NCBI RefSeq assembly: GCF_006345805.1 | Contig: NC_043009.1 | Span: 1,178,001-1,242,000, forward strand | DNA length: 64,000 nucleotides | Direction: 5' to 3' | From: Octopus sinensis | Taxonomy: Eukaryota | Part shown: one piece after another, positions 27,101 to 41,600 of the stretch | Layout of the letters: the number at the start of each line of letters is the position of its first letter | How positions within the stretch are numbered: the stretch's first letter is position 1 | The notes under the pieces: generated by a model | The model's input: the letters and a program-made list of their open reading frames with translations, nothing else | What the model was told of the DNA's origin: nothing | Database searches by the model: none | Program-made: the position numbers and the translations under genes

Positions 27101-29632
27101 GAATAAAATCACCCAACAAAACAAAAACAGAAAAAGACCTTTTCCGGTTCTTTCTTCTCAGTTTCCGTAACTTCTACCTCCACTGTTTTCACTTCAACTT
27201 CCTGTTGCAATTATACAGGGGAGTTAGAAAATTTTATGTTAAAAAACCCCAAAAGACACAAATTCAATCCATCCCTTTCATCATTATCATTTTTATCTCT
27301 CTTCCTTAACATTTTCATAGACAGAATAGAAACCAGTCGTCTTCAATATATCTTGCTCCCACATCGGCTTCAGTGCTTGTAGAACTGGAGAGCATTCCTA
27401 CATGTTCTACTGACTGCAGATCCCAATGTGCGGAGGTTTTATTGTTTCAGAAGAGGTAGACAAGTACGTAAAAAAATGCACACATACACACACACATATA
27501 TATATACATACATAGTCACATATGCACACACACACACACACACACAAAATACATATATAACCTCATTTGCATGCATGCATCCATACATACATATTTAAAG
27601 CGTTAAAGTTTGGATTAATGATAGAGGACACAATTGTATCTGGAGAACGACATAAACCTGCTAAACAAGCAGTTTTATGTCAGAGGGTATGACCAGGCGT
27701 TTAAGTGAATATTTGTTTCTCTTCAATACAGGCCTGTAATTTAAGACATCTGATGCTGTCTTGTCAATAAACTGTATCCTGATCACAATGAAAACACAAC
27801 ACATAATAAATGAATACAAGTTTTGATTTTCCAAACACACACACACATATTGAAGGCATAGAAGTATCTGAAATTAAAATTTTTTTAAATATAAATTACT
27901 GAATTATATAATAAATTAAAATATACTCTATAGTTAAATTACATAGGAATAAAAAATGTTCATTTATCAACAAGAATCTTTAATTATTGATACACAGAAA
28001 ACATTGTACTTTCCTGAAACAGTAATATTAGTAACAATACAAAGTGAAAGAGATCAATAGATTTCAACAATTCCTCAATACCACAAACCAAAGCAAAGAC
28101 AGAAAAAAGAAATGTCATGCAAAAAGTAAAGGATTTCCAGCTCAGAGTATAACAATATGTCTTTGAGAAGAGGAATAAGAAATGTATTAAAGCAAAATGA
28201 AGTGAAGAGTGTGAAATAGCCTCATCATCCTCATCTATTGTTTAAAAAAAATATTCTTTTCCTTGTTTCAGCCATTGGACTGTTGCCATGCTGGGGCACC
28301 AGTTTGATGAGTTCAGTCAATCTAATCAACCCCAGTTCTTATTCTAAGTTTGGTATTTATACTGTTGGTCTCTTTTTGTTGAACCACTGAGTTACAGGAA
28401 TGTAAACAAACCAATACTGGTTGTAAAGTTTTGAAAGACAAGTACACACATGGTGAGCTTTTGTGCAGTTTCTGGCTATCAAAGCCACTCACAAAGCATT
28501 GGTCAACCTGGGGGGGGGGGGGGCGCCCACAGTAGAAAACATTTGCTTAAAATGTTGTGCCATGGGACTTAATGCAAAATCACATGTTTGTAAAGTGAAC
28601 ATTTCGACAATACAGCCATGCCTACCGCTAGAAGACACCCAAAGTGCTGCACACTGGGCCTATAAAAATTACTGGAAAGAAAATTGTGGAGAAAGGGGCT
28701 AAAATAAATGCTCTTTGACACCCTTACATCTATGAACCTGTAATTCAGTTTTCAGCATTGGTCTTGACAGAATTTGCTGTGAAATATGTTTGGATTATCC
28801 TCACTGTCATTGTTTTAGCATCCAGTTTTCCAGTTGCTTGGGTCAGATGGAATTTATTGAGTTGGATTTTCTACAGCTGGATGCTCTTCCTATCGCCAAA
28901 CCCTTACTTGATTCCCAACTTGGAATACAACTGGATAATTTCACTTGCATTTCATTTAGTTTTTCTCTGCACCCCATCCACAGTATTATACTATTTAGAG
29001 GCCATGTTAATGGTAGGAATAAGTAACCATTGAATGGATTATAAGAGCTTGTTGGTGTGTTTTTCTAATTGTAAGGTACCAGGTAACTAACTGGGAGGTT
29101 ACAAGTTCAGATCTTGTCAGAGACATGGCATTGTGACAACCATCAAGTTACTTAACACTCAACACCTGAAGACATCTTGCTCAGAATGTAACTTAGGAAA
29201 AAAATGGCCCTGGGACTCAAGTTGCGTGTTTTCTCCGAAGGCTGGGAAAAAGAAGAACTCATCTAAAACAGAGAAGAAATTTTCGGCAGAGAAAATAGAT
29301 TTTTTACCAGATGCATTCCTTAGTCTGACGCAGGCAGAATGTTATTTTCAATTTTATATAATTGTGATTAGCTACATTAAATTTAAAGGATATCTTCATC
29401 AGTAATTAAAAAAAAATTGAACTGGGATAAAAGAGAATGAGGAAAATGATTGTTAGAATAGGGGAAAAAAGCTGCAAGTTAGTAAAGAACCATAAGGATC
29501 ATTAGTATGTAATGTAGGAGAGGGAAAAGAAGAAATAGGTTAGACGTGAAGAGGACAGAAGTTGAAAATCAACCAGCAGAGAAGAAGAGGAGTGGATTGA
29601 AAAACCGTGCCACGATATTGAAATTGAGACAG

Positions 29633-29684
<52 letters not shown>

Positions 29685-32600
29685 TGTGTACAAGACAATA
29701 GATGAGATAATGGAAAGAACTCTTGCAAAAACTAAGGAAAGCTTAAGTTGCAGCTTTCAGTACTAGTGTTAGTGACTAATAGAAAGACACTAAATGATTA
29801 GTTCACCAAATAGATTGGAACTGGGAATAATAAATTAGTGGATAATAAATTGACATTTATGTACAGGTATATATGTATATGTACACATGAGTAAGCATAA
29901 ATATACAGGTATATGCACACATAATTCACGGTTGCCATTTAGTGAAGGAAAACTAGAGGCAGAGTGGTTGTTTAGTAGAGAACCCAAAAGTTAGAGAGAT
30001 CAAATGCAATGTAAGTGACAAATTAGAAACCTGAGTCATTTCTTTTTCAGTTGGAGATGCAGGAGGTGTTTTGCCCTTATCTTTATCTTTTGGATGTTTT
30101 CTAAATTTGCCAAATAAGCCAAGTCTTCCTTTCTCTTTTCCCTGGAGTATTTATAAAAATGGACAGAGTGAGAGTAGGAAATACAATGAAAGGAGATGAA
30201 ATGGTGAGAGAACAGGACTATTTCGCTTGTAGTCTTCAGATTTATTTTATTGACCCTGAAAGGATTAAAAAACAAAGTCAACCTTGATGGCATTTGAACT
30301 CAGAATGTTAAGTTGGAAGTAATGCTGCTAAGCATTTTTTCCAGCACAGTAACAATTCTGCCAGCTTGTCACCTCAAAACTTCTTGGTGTCATAAATGTC
30401 CATTTAGACCTTGTCAGATAAGCTGTGGCTTGATCTGGAGGTAGAGCAATTTAGAGAGGAAGCAAAATGGGGAAAAAAAAAGAAAAAAATGTTTTGAAAT
30501 TGTACTTATCTAACAAGTGTTTTGATAAATGTCTGTGTATTGAAGGTGAAGTGAGTATATCATTGAAGAAGCATTTTAGCCATGTAAAAATCCACATGAG
30601 CTGTGGCCTGGTCACAGTTTTACTGCAACCGTTTGAAAGTTTGCTAATAGCCAGTTTTTTTCATAGAACCCATCTTTGCTTGCTTTCATGATGATAAAGA
30701 CATGAGTATTCATGCTGACCGATCTTGGTCTCTTGATAGTAGCCGTCACTAGTTACTTGGTACTTGCATCAGTAAATTTCACCAGATTCCAGTGTATACT
30801 GCATATACACACATGAGAAGCAACATGTACAGTAGGTGAAAATTTTGCTGGGGATATACTAGCTTCAATGGTACTAAAGTGGTCGAGAAACATATTTCCC
30901 ATCCAAGAACAAAGCGGCAGTCCTTCAAACATTTTATTTCAAGCACACTCTCTCTTATAATGTCATCTTTATATTATATCAGAAGAGAGTTTGTTTTTTT
31001 TTGTATTTATGAAGCATAACTGTTGTTAAATGAAGGCTCCAGAGGAATGACTGCTAGTGCCAGGGAGGCAGCACAAGTAAATCCAAATTCAAACAAAACC
31101 TTCATCAATTGAGCTAAAATCTGCCAACAGCGTGTCTTCATGGTATCTATGAGTGAATCAGTAATTCAACAATTCTGTGGCTGTTATTAACTTTATCAGA
31201 AGCTTATTATGTTTATTATTGTATAAGTAGTTAATATACACAAATAGCAGCTACTATAATCTATATACATGTGAATTAGCTACTAACCTCATAACGACCA
31301 GCTAAGACTGGCCCTTCAATGTTTTTTTTTAATAGTTAGGGTTAGTGTTACGATTAGATTAGAGAATGGATGTTCAGTGATGATAGAACAACTTTGATAT
31401 ATCAATTTTGGGTTTGTTACTGAATGACAAATACTCAAGGATTTGTTGATACAGAGAACAGCAATTACAATAAACCAGGACATAAAAATGTTTTGCAAAA
31501 GTGTTTCAGGGTCAGTGCAGTTATAAAGATCTTTCTTTTTTTTTTGGCTCACAGAAATAGACAAAATACCAAAAATATGTTGCCAGAAATATTTTTTTGC
31601 CAATGGTGCTGCAACCCAAATAAATTAATGGCTGTGATGATGGACAGCCAGTGCACCTGAATTTTATCAGAAACAACATTTTTCTTCCAAATGGTAAATG
31701 TTTATAAATATAATTCAACATCATCCTCATTGTTCTTACATCTGTTTTTTCCATGCTGGCATGAATGAGATGAAACTTATTGACATAGCATTCTACAGTC
31801 AGATCCTTTTCCGGTCACCAGACTGACCCTATTTTCAATGAAGTTATTTTTATTCCACTGTTCTTCAGAGGCCAAGCTCTTAGGGGGCACACTGTGTATG
31901 AGGGACATACACATGACAAGTCATTTAAATGGTGTTGAGTAAAGGCACATGGAAAGGAAGCATTTATATTCAGGACAGGTTTTTCTACATTTTCTCACAA
32001 TCAATTTTACTCAAAAAGGCATTAGCTCGGCCCAAGCTGCTCAAGGTGTCATCCAGTGGGATGGAACTCAAAACCATGTGATTACAAAATGAACTCTGAA
32101 TCCATGCAGCCATGCCTACACCAGCAATAAGAATCATTTGCTTTATCTGAATGACCACTTATCTGTGACCACTGGTCAGCTGGTCTGATTATTTTTTTTT
32201 AAACAGAGAAAGTGGATGGGCTTTCATCAGCTTTAACCCATGATAACGAAACTTGTAATTAAATTACACTAAGTCTCGATTAATTTCGAAAAATAATCAA
32301 AAGTTTGGAGGAACTTAGTACAATAACTGTTTTCACACATTGGAATATCTCAAACTGGTGACTGAAACCTAAAAGATTCTGACATACTATTAGGATGGAA
32401 GATGTAAATGTAATTACAAGCACTTCTAAAACAGTTAGGTTTTTATATTAGGGAATTCTTAAGTGGTCTAAGGTGGTTTGGTATAAAAAGGAGTTAAATG
32501 GAAGAGGAGTATTTAAAGAGAATTGAATAACATTTGTGACCCTTTTGCTTTTAGTCTTCAGCATCTCTAACAACTCTGTGTAAACATTACCAACCTTCTC

Positions 32601-35600
32601 TTTCTCAGCAGCAACTTCAGGTTCTTCCTGAGGTTTCTGTCCATTCTTAAGGTTGTTACTCTGCAAAAATACAATAATTTTGAAGTGAAAATACAATATC
32701 GTGAAATTTTGTTTTAAATTAAAAAAAAAAGTTTAAAAAAAAAATATTGTTTGAAAAAAAGTTAATTGTAAGCTGCTGTCTTGAATCAATCCAATAACGG
32801 TGGAACTTCAATAACGAACTGTTGTCAATAGAGTGTACTAAGTGCTTTTAACATGGCACATTTTGTCTGTCTTTTCAAGAATGCCAAACTACAAGATGTA
32901 AGGTGGATGGGAGACATAAACATGACAACCCAGTCACTTAAATAGTATCAGGCAAAACCACAAAGTAAACACTCTTGCACACATCTTTTATCCTTTTCAC
33001 GTTGACCAGTCCAAGTGCTCAAAGTAGCCATTATGGGAATGGATAAATTTGATAATATCGAAACAAAAACTGGTTTTGGACTCTAAAGTAATCCACAAAT
33101 TGCTTATCCATACAAATGTTTTCTTCATCTTTCAGTCCTAAATTAACCAGAAAGTTATTTTTTTATATTGTGTTTAATATGAGGAATTTGAGATGAAACT
33201 TTTTGCTAACAACAGCTGGCTGGTAACCCTTTAACCCTTTTGTTACCATATTTCTGTTGAGATACTCTGTTTCTTTCAATTAATTTTAAACATAACAGAG
33301 AAATTAGTAAAATAACGAAGCGAGGGTTAGGAACATAAATTGTGACAGGTTTGGTGGAAGATTTTAATTCAGAACTTTTGAAAACAAGACAGTTGTACTA
33401 CAGGGCCAGAGCCAGTTTCAGCTGGGTCAGTATTGAAAGGGTTAAGCAGATAAAGTGTTTGGGATCCACTAATTTTGATATGAACAGGGATGGCTGAGTG
33501 ATTAAGAAGCTTGCTTTACAACCATGTGATTTTGGGTTCAGTCCTATCGTGCAGCAACAAAGGCAAGTGTCTTCTACTACAGTCCCGAACCAATCAATGC
33601 TTTGCAAGTGAATTTGGTAGATGGAAACTGTGTGGAAGCCCACTGAGTGCATGTGTGTGTGTCTTAGTGTTTGAGTTTGTCCACCATCCGCCACACAAAC
33701 AGTGTTGGTTTGTTTATGTCCTTATAGCAGTTTGGTAAAAGAGTCTGACAGAATAAGTACCAAAAAAAAAAAAAGATACTTGGGCTGATTTGTTCAACTA
33801 AACTTTGGGAGGCAATGCCCCAGCATGGCCACAGTCCAGTAGCTGAAATAAGTAAAGGAAAGAATAACTAGTTGATAACATTATCAGTGGTTATAATGAA
33901 CAGCTTGCTCTGTGTCTGAATCTCAATCAACGCAGAAAAGAATATATATTGTTGAAAGAGATTAGTGATTTTATCCACCTGGTGGTGGGTCGAAAGATTA
34001 GCCTGACTGTCCACTAAAACTTATAGGGATCCAATGGGAAGTGTGTTATGGTCATCACTACTAATTTTCTAATTGCTAACACAATGGGACACAGTACTGA
34101 CTTATACCGTGTGTCTACAAGTCATTAATATCTATGTACCAATGAAAAATATGCTATTTACTCACAGTTTCAAGGTCTGCTGCAACTGGTTTAACTGCAT
34201 CAGCCCTGATTACTGAATCATCATCAGTCTATAACGGAAATAGAAATAATTTAACATCCAATATTTTCATTTCTCTTTTATATTTCTCCTCCAATAAATT
34301 CTCTCTCAAAGGAGATGAAGTCATAAACAAAGCACAAAATACAAAATGGAATTCATTTAAAATAATCTAGTTTTAAATTCACAATCTGGTAATTTCAAAT
34401 TCATAATCTTTAGCATTAGTATACGTTGTGGAATGTAGAATTTTACAGACCTTTATTTTTTTTTTACAGAATAATGGTTGATATTGACAGTTAAAAATTT
34501 TTGATAAATGCCCGAGGGACAACTGCCCATAATCGGGGAGCACTTGGAGTCAGCAGAAACAGAAGTGATCGATAACTGCAATGGTGTGACATCCATGCAC
34601 ACAAACAAACCTACAGAATTCAGGATACTCAAATAGGTATCATATTAAGATTTGTCATCCATCTGTGTTGATATCCTAATAAAATGATTTAATAAGACAT
34701 TTTCATTATTAAAACAATTAGAAAAAAAAAAAAAGTTTGGTTGATGAGGTTTCTCAGTAGATGCACCACTAGTACATGAAAACAAAAAAAAAAACCAACA
34801 AAAAACTCATGGAAAATTATATATCTCTTCATGTCTATCAAGCTATTTCAATTTATATATCCCAAACAATTATCAATCTCAAACAAACCCTATAATGCCA
34901 GAAATATTGATGCTTTTACTAATATTACAAGAGTTCAAGACAATTAGTTTATTGTAACAACAAACTGTAGTTTTATAGTTAAAATGTCTAATAACTAATT
35001 CACGGTAAAAGCAACAGGAATAATTTTTTTTTAAGCCACAATGCTTCAGATTTTAGTAACAAAAAATTAGAACAGGTAGTATTTATATTTCTAAACTAAT
35101 TTTGAAGGTTGGATAGAGAGGAAACACAGAAATGGATGCTATCTCTAAGTCCATACAATATATGAGCTATATATATTAAAAAAGAAAAAAAAAAGGAAAG
35201 TGTTACAAGTGCTTTGAACATTTGCATTAGTGCTTCAAGTGCGATAAAATGAATGTTTTAAAATCTATCTTTGGCAAGCATATTAGTAACAAGCAATAAA
35301 TAAACAAAAAGTCTATCATTTAAAATTAAAGTAAAAAGGGAAAAAAAATGAGAAAAGAACATTGAGAATATTTTGACTGATGTGAAACGAATATTTAATG
35401 CAAGATAAATATTTATAAACACAAATACAAAACAAAAACAAAACGCGGAAAAAAAAAAGAACTACGTATATCTGAAAATACACACAGAACTTATGTCAGA
35501 AGAAATAACTGGGTCACTGGGACAATAGATATAAAAGAAAGTTTTTGACAGAGGGCCTCAAAATCAAATCTGCTCGGTCGAGTCTACCTGTTAACTACAA

Positions 35601-38600
35601 TCAAGCTCAATGAAATGAAGGCTTACGAGAGGTGCAACGGTTTTAAGTGAGGATTGAAAACTCCAGTTGACCTCTTGACCTCGACTTTATCGTAAAAAAA
35701 AAAAAACCCAGATAGACGTTAATCAAATAGAATCGGTTGCTAAGATCAAGAAAGGCAACTCCTTCAATGCTATTTGTGGAAGGTGCATAACTCTTACACA
35801 CCAACCAACAAGGGGAGACACTTTAGACATTAGAATGCTGTTTTCTAACACGAAGAAATACATTTTATGCCTTCAAGGAAGAAATGCAACGTTTTGAGCA
35901 GGGTTCATTCCCATTCTCTCTCCACGAAGAGATCGACCCAAAATGTTAGACTTCTTCTTCAAGGCATATAATTTATTCCACTATTTGAACCTATCGCATT
36001 CTTATTTACCAAAGCACTGCTTTACATATATGCCTGAGTATCGTTTTGTTTTACAAATGTTGTTCTTATTTTCTTGAAGAGATATAGAAGCAATACAAAC
36101 ATTACCCACAGAGATATGGCCAAACTCAATCATTTAAAATATCCATTTCATTACGTTTCTGAGTTCTGTTTCAGTTGGGATAATAAAACCTAATCCCTTG
36201 GATTATTGTTGTTGCTTAGCCTCGAGTCAGTCCTGACTTAACAAACCTATGGCCAACTTTATTCCAGCTGTACCAGGTATAGTGGACTAACGACTACATT
36301 ATGAAATGTCTACCCACCCCACAAGACAATAGGTTGAGATTTGAGGGATTTTGCAGCTATCTTTAGCAAATGTGAGTGGATTGCATGGTGAGATGTGATG
36401 CAAATCACCACAGCTGCTCTTTCATACTCCACCATCTTAGAAAGGGACACATTCAATATGACCCCAGGTGTATTGTCTTTTGAAAGGAGATGGGTTGCTC
36501 TCAACCAAAATGGTTTTCATGATGGATTTTTCTGAGCCTGAAATAATCTAGGCCTAAACAAGTACAGTTAAGCTGCTGAGCTGGGAGTCCACTCATTTCA
36601 ATTTCTTCTCTTCTTTGTATAAATGCATGCATTTATGGGATCACACCAAGATGATCGTTTATCTTTGAATAGTCACATATAATTTTTTCTACTCTAGGCA
36701 CAAGGCCCGAAATTTTTGAAGAGGGGGGGGGGCAGTCAATTAGACTGGCCCCCAGCAACTGGTACTTAATTTATCGACCCCGAAAGGCAGAAAGGAACAG
36801 TTGACTTTGGCGGAATTTGAACTCAGAATGTAGAGACAGGTGAAATACTGCTCAGCATTTCTTCTGACATTTCTGCCAGCTTGCTGCCTTAATAGTTACA
36901 TATGAGAAGAAACAGTGTCTGTAAATGAACTGATACTGTTGTTATTAATGGTACAACTGATTCAATGACTTAAACAATAATACCTGTCATTGAGACAGGA
37001 ACAAATACTGAGATAAGTAGATTTTGAAATGGGATTTCACTTTAAGATACCATAAAATATCTAATTTTACTTTTGCAAGGACTCTTTACAATTCTGCGTT
37101 ATAGTCACACAAAAACACAAAAAAGAGCCTATATGTGACTGTGTTCAAAGGTGTTTACTAATACTAGCTAATCCATTGGTGCTCACTAAGTGAAAAACAA
37201 ATCTAATTCTTGACAGACTAATTGTACAAACACGAAACAGAGAAAACAACATAAAACGAAACGAAAACACGAAGAACACAAGGAAATCCTTTGAGAGAGC
37301 GCTGTACCATTTTGTCAAGACGGTCTTCGGAATTTGATAGTTTATCATTTATGCCCTTTTTCTTTCTCTCCTTCTCCTCCTTTTCTCGCCTCTTCCGTTC
37401 CTCCTCCTCCCTCTTCTTTTGTTCCTTCTCTCGCTTTTTCTCGTCCTTGTTGGAAGGAGGCCTTTTGAGGTAGGAGATGGGCATACCACCTTCTGTGGAC
37501 CTTGCATCATATTCTCCACCCGAGTAGTCGGCAGTCTTAATACTCTGAAAGTAGACATTCTAACACATGCAAATCAAACAACAAAACCACAAATACCCAG
37601 AGCGCAAGACGCAGTAAACAAGCAAGTGCATGTGGAATGGGGATGCCTGCAAGTGCACTTGGTGCATGAAGCAGATTTAAGACAACATTGTGAAATGGTG
37701 TTAGATTAAAACTCAACAGGAAACAAATCACAAATATAAAACAACTCAATCTAGTGCTCCTATCTATATGATATGGTGGTGGGTGACAAAGAGAGAGGAA
37801 GGAGTAGAAGAGTAAGATGGCTAGAAAGTGGAGGGTCTAGAGAGAGAGAGAGTGTGTGAGAGTGGAGTTTGTGGCAGGAGAAGAGTAGAGCTGGTGCACG
37901 AAGGAAAATGGAGCTAGTGTATGAAAGAGATGGTGTAGGGAAGAAAAGTGTAGCTACTGGAAAGAGGTAAGTGTATCAAGTGGGAGGGGAAAAAGAATGG
38001 AGCTTATCTCAGTGGGAGCTCACAAAGGAAAGTGTAGAGGGAAGACTAGAGTTGATGTGTGTGTGTTTGTGTAAAAGTGAAGCCCAAGGAGAAAGTGTTA
38101 GGTGACAGAATGGCAGATGCATGAATCTACATACTACAGGGTAAAGCTGATGACTGGTTATAATATATATATATATATATATTCCACAAAGCATGGCACA
38201 TTACATCAGGATGAACAATGAAGTTAATCCCAGAACATTGGTTAGTCAAGAATAAAGATTATAACAATTACAATTATTGAAATCATTTCTTACATTAGTA
38301 GAAGGTCACAGATTCTGGACACAAGGCACAGTTGATTAAAAAGACTCCCAGTACTAGACTGATACTTATTTTATCAACCTCAGAAAGATGAAAGGCCAAG
38401 ATTTGAACTCAAAATGTGAAGGGGTAGGACTAAATACTGCAAAGCATTTTGTCTAGCACTCACTGACCTCATGATACTAATGGTTTAAAATTTTGGCACA
38501 AGGCCAGCAATTTCAGAGGCTAGGATAAATCAGTTGTATGGACTCCAGTGTTCAACTGGTATTTTATCGACCCTGAAAGGATGAAAGGCAAAATCGACTT

Positions 38601-41600
38601 TGGCAGAGTTTGAACTCAGAATGTCTTTAAGATGAACAAAATGCTGCTAAGTATTTTGCCTGGCATGCTAACGATTCTGCCAAGGCACAAGGCCAGAAAC
38701 TTTTGGTGAGGAGGGGGGGGGGGCCAGTAAATTTATATTGAACCCAATGCTCAATTGGTATTTACTTTAATCAACCCTGAAAGGATGAAAGGCAAAGTCT
38801 ACTTTGGCTGAATTTGAACTCAGAATGTAAGAGTTGGACATACTGCAAAGCATTGTTCTAATGCTCTACTGATTCTGCCAGTTCACTGCCTTTTTCAAAG
38901 TTCAGCTTTTGATTTAGGCACAGGGCCAGCAATTGTGAGAGAAGTGAGGTTAGCTGCTTCAAATGACCCCAGGAGGGATGAAAGTCAAAGTTAACCTTGG
39001 TGGGATCTGAATTCAAGAATGTAAAGAATCAGAGCAAGTCCTGTGGAGCTTTTTATTTGACACTAATGATTCTCCTAGTTTAGTGGGTTTTTTTTTTAAT
39101 AATGAAAATAATAGTAATAATACAATCAAAACATTTACATTAGGTCAATAATAAGGTGGAAGGTAGGCAAAGAGGCTGAGCAGTGAAATTGCTACACTTG
39201 ATTCCAAAGCCAAAAAAATTAGAATCCTGTTTTTGGCATCATTTTAATTTAAAAGCACAATAGTTGAAGAACAGGGGGAATAAAATCCATATAATAAATA
39301 TATAATAAAAATAAATTATTAGTAGTGAGTAATGCTTATTGGTCCAAGAGCTAGGCCACCGACAAAAAAGCCACCAGTCCAAAATATATTAGAATCTATA
39401 TGCAATAAACATTAATGAAAGGCAGGAGCTGGCAGAAGCAAGCCAGTTTATCTATCTAGGCAGTTAATATCACTAATGATGGTAGGTTTAGAAATAAACT
39501 AGACTGTAGCATGTCCCAGGTCAGAATGTCATTTGTAAGTTTGAGAGAATGCCTGTGGAAACATCAGGTGCCTGTCGATCCAGTGCAAAATATACCAGGC
39601 AATAGTATCATCTAGGATGGGCAGCATGGCTGATATATGATGTGAAGGAGACAAAACAAAAAATGAACTGCCTGCATTCATGATGTGAGATTTGAGAGAG
39701 ATCATGAACATCACATCATCAGATGGATAGACAAGGTCAAGAGCACCCTCATTCTAGCATGAGAGAGGTACTGGTGTAACAAACCTCCACCAGATTGTAT
39801 ATGTCCATAGAATTCAAGAAGCTTGGTTACCAAGACAAAGATTGGCTAAATGTAACATCAGGTAAAGGTAAAGACCCCCTTTGGTCATGAATGACCACAG
39901 GATGTACCTAGAAAGTTCCGCTCCAAGGCACAAGTCTGGGCAAGGCTGTTTATGACCAGTAGTCATCCATGCATACCAGCCTCTCCTCTTCATGCCACCG
40001 ATGTTCTCCAAGGGAAAGGCAAAGACCGATACAGCTTGGCACCAGTGACATAGTAAACCATTTCTACAGCTGAGTGAATTGGAACAATGTGAAATAAAGT
40101 GTCTTGCTCAAGAATACAACACACAGCCCAGTCCAGGAATTGAACTCACTACCTCATGATCGTGAGCCTGATGCTCTAATCACCAAGCCATGTGCCTTCA
40201 CCAAATGTAATATTAGAGGAATGGACAACAACAACCAGAACTGTGCCACAACAACTTAGGACAAGATCCCGTGGTAGAGATCCATTTCCTTCTGATGGTA
40301 TGCTTCATATATTCTGTCATTATTAACTATTGTCTTACGAAACAATAAACATTACTGCTTCACCTAACATTACCTCACAGAGTCAAAAATAGGGGATACT
40401 CTCACTTTTTGAATGAATAAGAACAATCAGTGAATTTCAGAACTACTTTCTCCATCCACAGAATACAAAAATAGCCTCCCTCACTTGGGAAAATTAAATC
40501 AGAAAAAAAAAATTTGCCACGTCTTTTAACAGAATTTGTTTTAAAAATGTTTTTTTTTTATCAGTAGACAATTACCTTAATAATAAAATTGAAGCCTTTT
40601 GTTTTAAGGAAATTAAGTTTAGTAGCATTGCTTTTTTTTTTAGAAAAGATTAAATATATATAAAAAAAAATTTAAACCCACCAACATTCTATAAATGAGG
40701 AGATCATCAACTATCAACTGATAGTGTGAGAGTGCAAAACAACTAAAAGAAATACAAGTCAAAGTGCTAAACAAACTCACAACCAGATCGCTTTGAAAGG
40801 ATGCAATATAAGAACTGATGAACCAAAAACTGATACGAAGGGAGGGGTAAAAAAAAACAAAAAAAAACAAACACACTGAAAAACGATAAAAACAAAATTG
40901 AAAATCGTTGACTTACGTCTGGAGAGCTTGGTCTATCATATCTGTCAGCCTCGTTAACGTTGGGGAGAGAGACCACTTTACCATCTTCATTGCCGCCGTA
41001 TTGGTTTTGCATGCCCCATCCTGGATAGGTGGCTTGGTCACCATGTTTTTTATCACGTCGATCTCGTACATCATGGCGAGGAAGTGTTGCAATAATTGGA
41101 TAGTCACCAGCAGATCCGAAAGACTCAGTGCTTGCAATGCGGTCACGGTTGACTGCAACGGGGAGAGAGAGAGAGAGGGCATAATGAAATTCATGGAATG
41201 AGATCGTGGGGTGTAGCTGTTTAGATGCTGGTGATTTGGCAGGGTTGACAGAGTACTTTTTGGCACTGGAGGCAGACAGACAGACAGACACACACATGCA
41301 TACAGAAAGATACACATACAGATTAAGGGAGAGGGATGGCAATAATTTAAAAGCTTATGGCTAAGTCAAACCAGGTTCAATTTTTTTCTCAGCACAGGGT
41401 TAATGGTTAATCATAATAAAAAAACTACCCATCTTTTGTTGTTCTTTTCTTTCTGTTTCAGCCATTGGACTGTGGAAATGCTGGGGCACTACTTTGAAGA
41501 ATTTTTAGCCAATTCAATCAATTGCAGTATTTTTTTAAAGCCTGGTCCTTATTCAATTGGTCTCCTTTGCTGAACTGCTAAATTGTGAGTGGGTGGTAGG

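Larger units (their letters stand above)
24200..27240. repeat. Four-unit tandem duplication (periods 900, 832, 839 bp), each unit holding a 63-nt exon
   Basis: Recurring blocks such as gagtactgaagacgacaacttgtgccatgaagctgcctgaaaac and aaaagaccttttcgggttctttcttc. Confidence 0.92.

Noticed and set aside
27661-27775. [26 protein letters not shown] as an exon
   Set aside because: Acceptor and donor both weak; no further support
29150-29260. Strong-looking acceptors near 29238 and 29259
   Set aside because: The phase-0 frame reaches a stop and the nearest donor is out of phase; undecidable without RNA data
35466-35471. 6-nt microexon candidate ATATAC
   Set aside because: Donor TAC|GTAGTT is poor and there are no UGC motifs by the acceptor
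39872-40201. tRNA-like heads as tRNA genes
   Set aside because: A/B-box-like motifs are attached to dispersed SINE bodies and no full cloverleaf is evident
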